From positions 4,712,001 through 4,776,000 of the forward strand of contig NC_090364.1 in the NCBI RefSeq assembly GCF_035084215.1: a stretch of 64,000 nt of DNA. Reading direction: 5' to 3'. The notes beneath the pieces are model-generated. The model made no database searches and was not told the DNA's origin. It worked only from the letters and a program-made list of their open reading frames with translations. Position numbers and translations under genes: made by a program. Below, in pieces: positions 61,950 through 64,000 of the stretch. Each line of letters starts with the position of its first letter. Position 1 is the stretch's first letter. The DNA comes from Heptranchias perlo. Its lineage: Eukaryota.

Positions 61950-63006
61950 ATGGCCTCCCAAGTGTGTCAGAACTATCACAAGGAGTGTGAGGATGGTGTC
62001 AACAAGCAGATCAATATGGAGCTCTATTCCTCCTATGTTTATCTTTCTATGGTGAGTTTTGTATTTTTGAGGCACTGTTTCAAAGTTAAGGCTGTGATGT
62101 CATTGTAGTCTAAGCAGGTAGAATCTCTCTAGGTCAATGAATTGGTTTCAGAGTGTCCCTCTGTGACTCTCCCCAATCTCAATCCAGTGAATATTCTTAA
62201 GTGATCTTGTAGACCATTTTATTAACAGACAGTTCCCTGCTCTGTCCTATTCTGAAGTTTGTTTGAAACTAACTTGAGGTTCCATAATTATAATACAGCA
62301 TTCACCTAAAAATGTATAAACCTGGTCAGCTTTTACACCAGAGAGACAATTACATTTAATTGGGTGACTAGTTAGTGCAACATTGGCTGGTTCTGGCCAG
62401 TTTTTGCCCAGTACATTTGTTAATCCTGTTATGTTGAAGTGTCTCTCTCTGAAACTGGATCTTTACACTAACAGTGACACTGACCGAATGTGAAGATTTT
62501 GCTCTTTTTTTTTCTTCACTGATTTTAAACTTCTGGGAATGAAGGTTAGTGCCACTGAAATTGTCCTAAGTGTAGGTTGAGTGCTGAAATGAAACTTTAG
62601 GGCGCAATAATGTTTTCTATTAATACAACCTTTTGTCTTGTTGAGTTACTTCACAGGGAGGGACTTTCAACATATTCAGAGAAGATCAATGAAGCAAAGT
62701 GACTTGCAAGAGTTTAAGAAATATTTCTATCAGCTCCTTAATTAAGACAAGTGTTGAGGTAGAGAATGGGTATATCTACCATGATATTTTGGCCATCTTT
62801 GAGTTGGCCTTGGATGAGATCGAGATCTAGATCTGACCTGTCCCATTTTATCTCCACAGTCCTATTACTTTGACCGGGATGATGTTGCCCTGCGTCACTT
62901 TGCTGAGTTCTTCAAGGAGCAGTCACATGAGGAACGGGAGCACGCTAAGAAACTGCTGAAATTCCAGAATCAGCGTGGAGGCCGAATCATCCTGGAGGAT
63001 ATCAAG
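61950..63006 (+). CDS. Ferritin H/M-type subunit, gene 12 (partial: exons 1-2, continues beyond window)
   Basis: Exons 61950-62051 and 62860-63006, both open with GT donors. TATA 61888. Confidence 0.9.
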
Positions 63007-63599
63007 GTTAGATTCAGCAAACTTTGAAGAATTTCTATGGTTTTATGAACCGCAGGCTAATTTGGCCTGACTTAATAGATTTTCTGTTGAATTGTGAAAC
63101 TGGTGCCTGGAGGAGAATTTACTGATTTGTTGGCTGTTCAGAAGTGAAGGAGATTGCTGGCCAAAATTGATGTGCATGGAATTAGAAGCAACTCTGTGGG
63201 CAACAGTAAAACTGGGTGGAGCAGGAGGCAGAGTTGGGATAAAATAGACCAATGTTGAGTTGCTGGTCCCACTAATGCCTGTGTGATCTGGATTTGTAAA
63301 TAGTGGTATATACTAAGCTAGGGTGTGCAGTGAGCTCTGCAAAGTGCAAATTGTTTTTTTTTGGGTGTGGGGGTGGTGAAGGAAGTGGGTGAGTATGAAG
63401 GTAAATGTAGTTTAATAAGGTCCATAATCTGGTGTCAGAATGGGAGTGTTTGGGTGGGAGGAGGAAGCTGGTACAGATGCCATTAGAAGCTAGCTTGCAG
63501 GTACAAAGATAATGGGCAGGTGTGCTTCAACCTAAGGCAAAGAATTAAAAGCATAGCAGTGTTGCTGCAACTAGACCTTATTTTGTTTAAGGTACCCCA

Positions 63600-63707
63600 T
63601 CTTCAAGAAGGTGGCTCACCACCTTCCCAGGGCAATTAGGGATGGGCAATAAATGCTGGCCTTGCCAGCAACGCCCACATCCCCTGAATGAATATATTAA
63701 GAAAAAA
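63600..63707 (+). mobile_element. Non-LTR retrotransposon 3' tail (CR1/L2-like) in gene 12 intron 2
   Basis: GGGCAATTAGGGATGGGCAATAAATGCTGGCCTTGCCAGC..GCCCACATCCC then an A-rich end; a short related tail is at ~7328-7365. Confidence 0.55.
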
Positions 63708-64000
63708 TACTGCTATCAAGTCCAATAACTCATTACCAGGTTATCTCTGAGGATAGACAGACTATAAAATGGGGAGGTGGAAATTTAGTGTATTGTGAAG
63801 TGTTGGCAATCAGTTGATAGGAATTTGAGAACCAGGAAACCAACCATGGGATTCTATTAAAGCAATTTAAATATATCCTGACATTGATTTTCCTGCATGT
63901 ATCTAAATGAGTGGAAAATCTATTGGAAGCAAGGTAGATGGAGGTGCTATTCTGTTCCAATGTTCTCCAGTAGTATCTGCCTTGGGCCTCAATTGCCCCC

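Overview
Vertebrate genomic DNA, most likely from a cartilaginous fish (shark), judging by the SacSINE1-like DeuSINEs, CR1, Tx1 and Penelope repeats. The window holds a cluster of 12 four-exon ferritin genes (H/M-type, ferroxidase ligands conserved). Genes 1-2 are on the minus strand and genes 3-12 on the plus strand. Genes 4-12 form a head-to-tail array with a ~5 kb unit. Nine copies have intact ORFs of 173-176 aa. Gene 3 is a nonsense/frameshift pseudogene, gene 10 has lost exon 3 in frame, and gene 12 runs off the right edge. Main observations: (1) no copy has an intact 5' iron-responsive element, although gene 1 keeps an eroded relic; (2) exons are almost identical between copies whose introns cannot be aligned; (3) genes 1 and 3 are arms of an old inverted duplication; (4) about eight Tx1 retrotransposon 3' fragments lie only in the upstream regions of genes 1-4; (5) Penelope insertions carry hammerhead ribozyme motifs; (6) the array units are recombinant mosaics. 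All alignments and identities were judged by eye.
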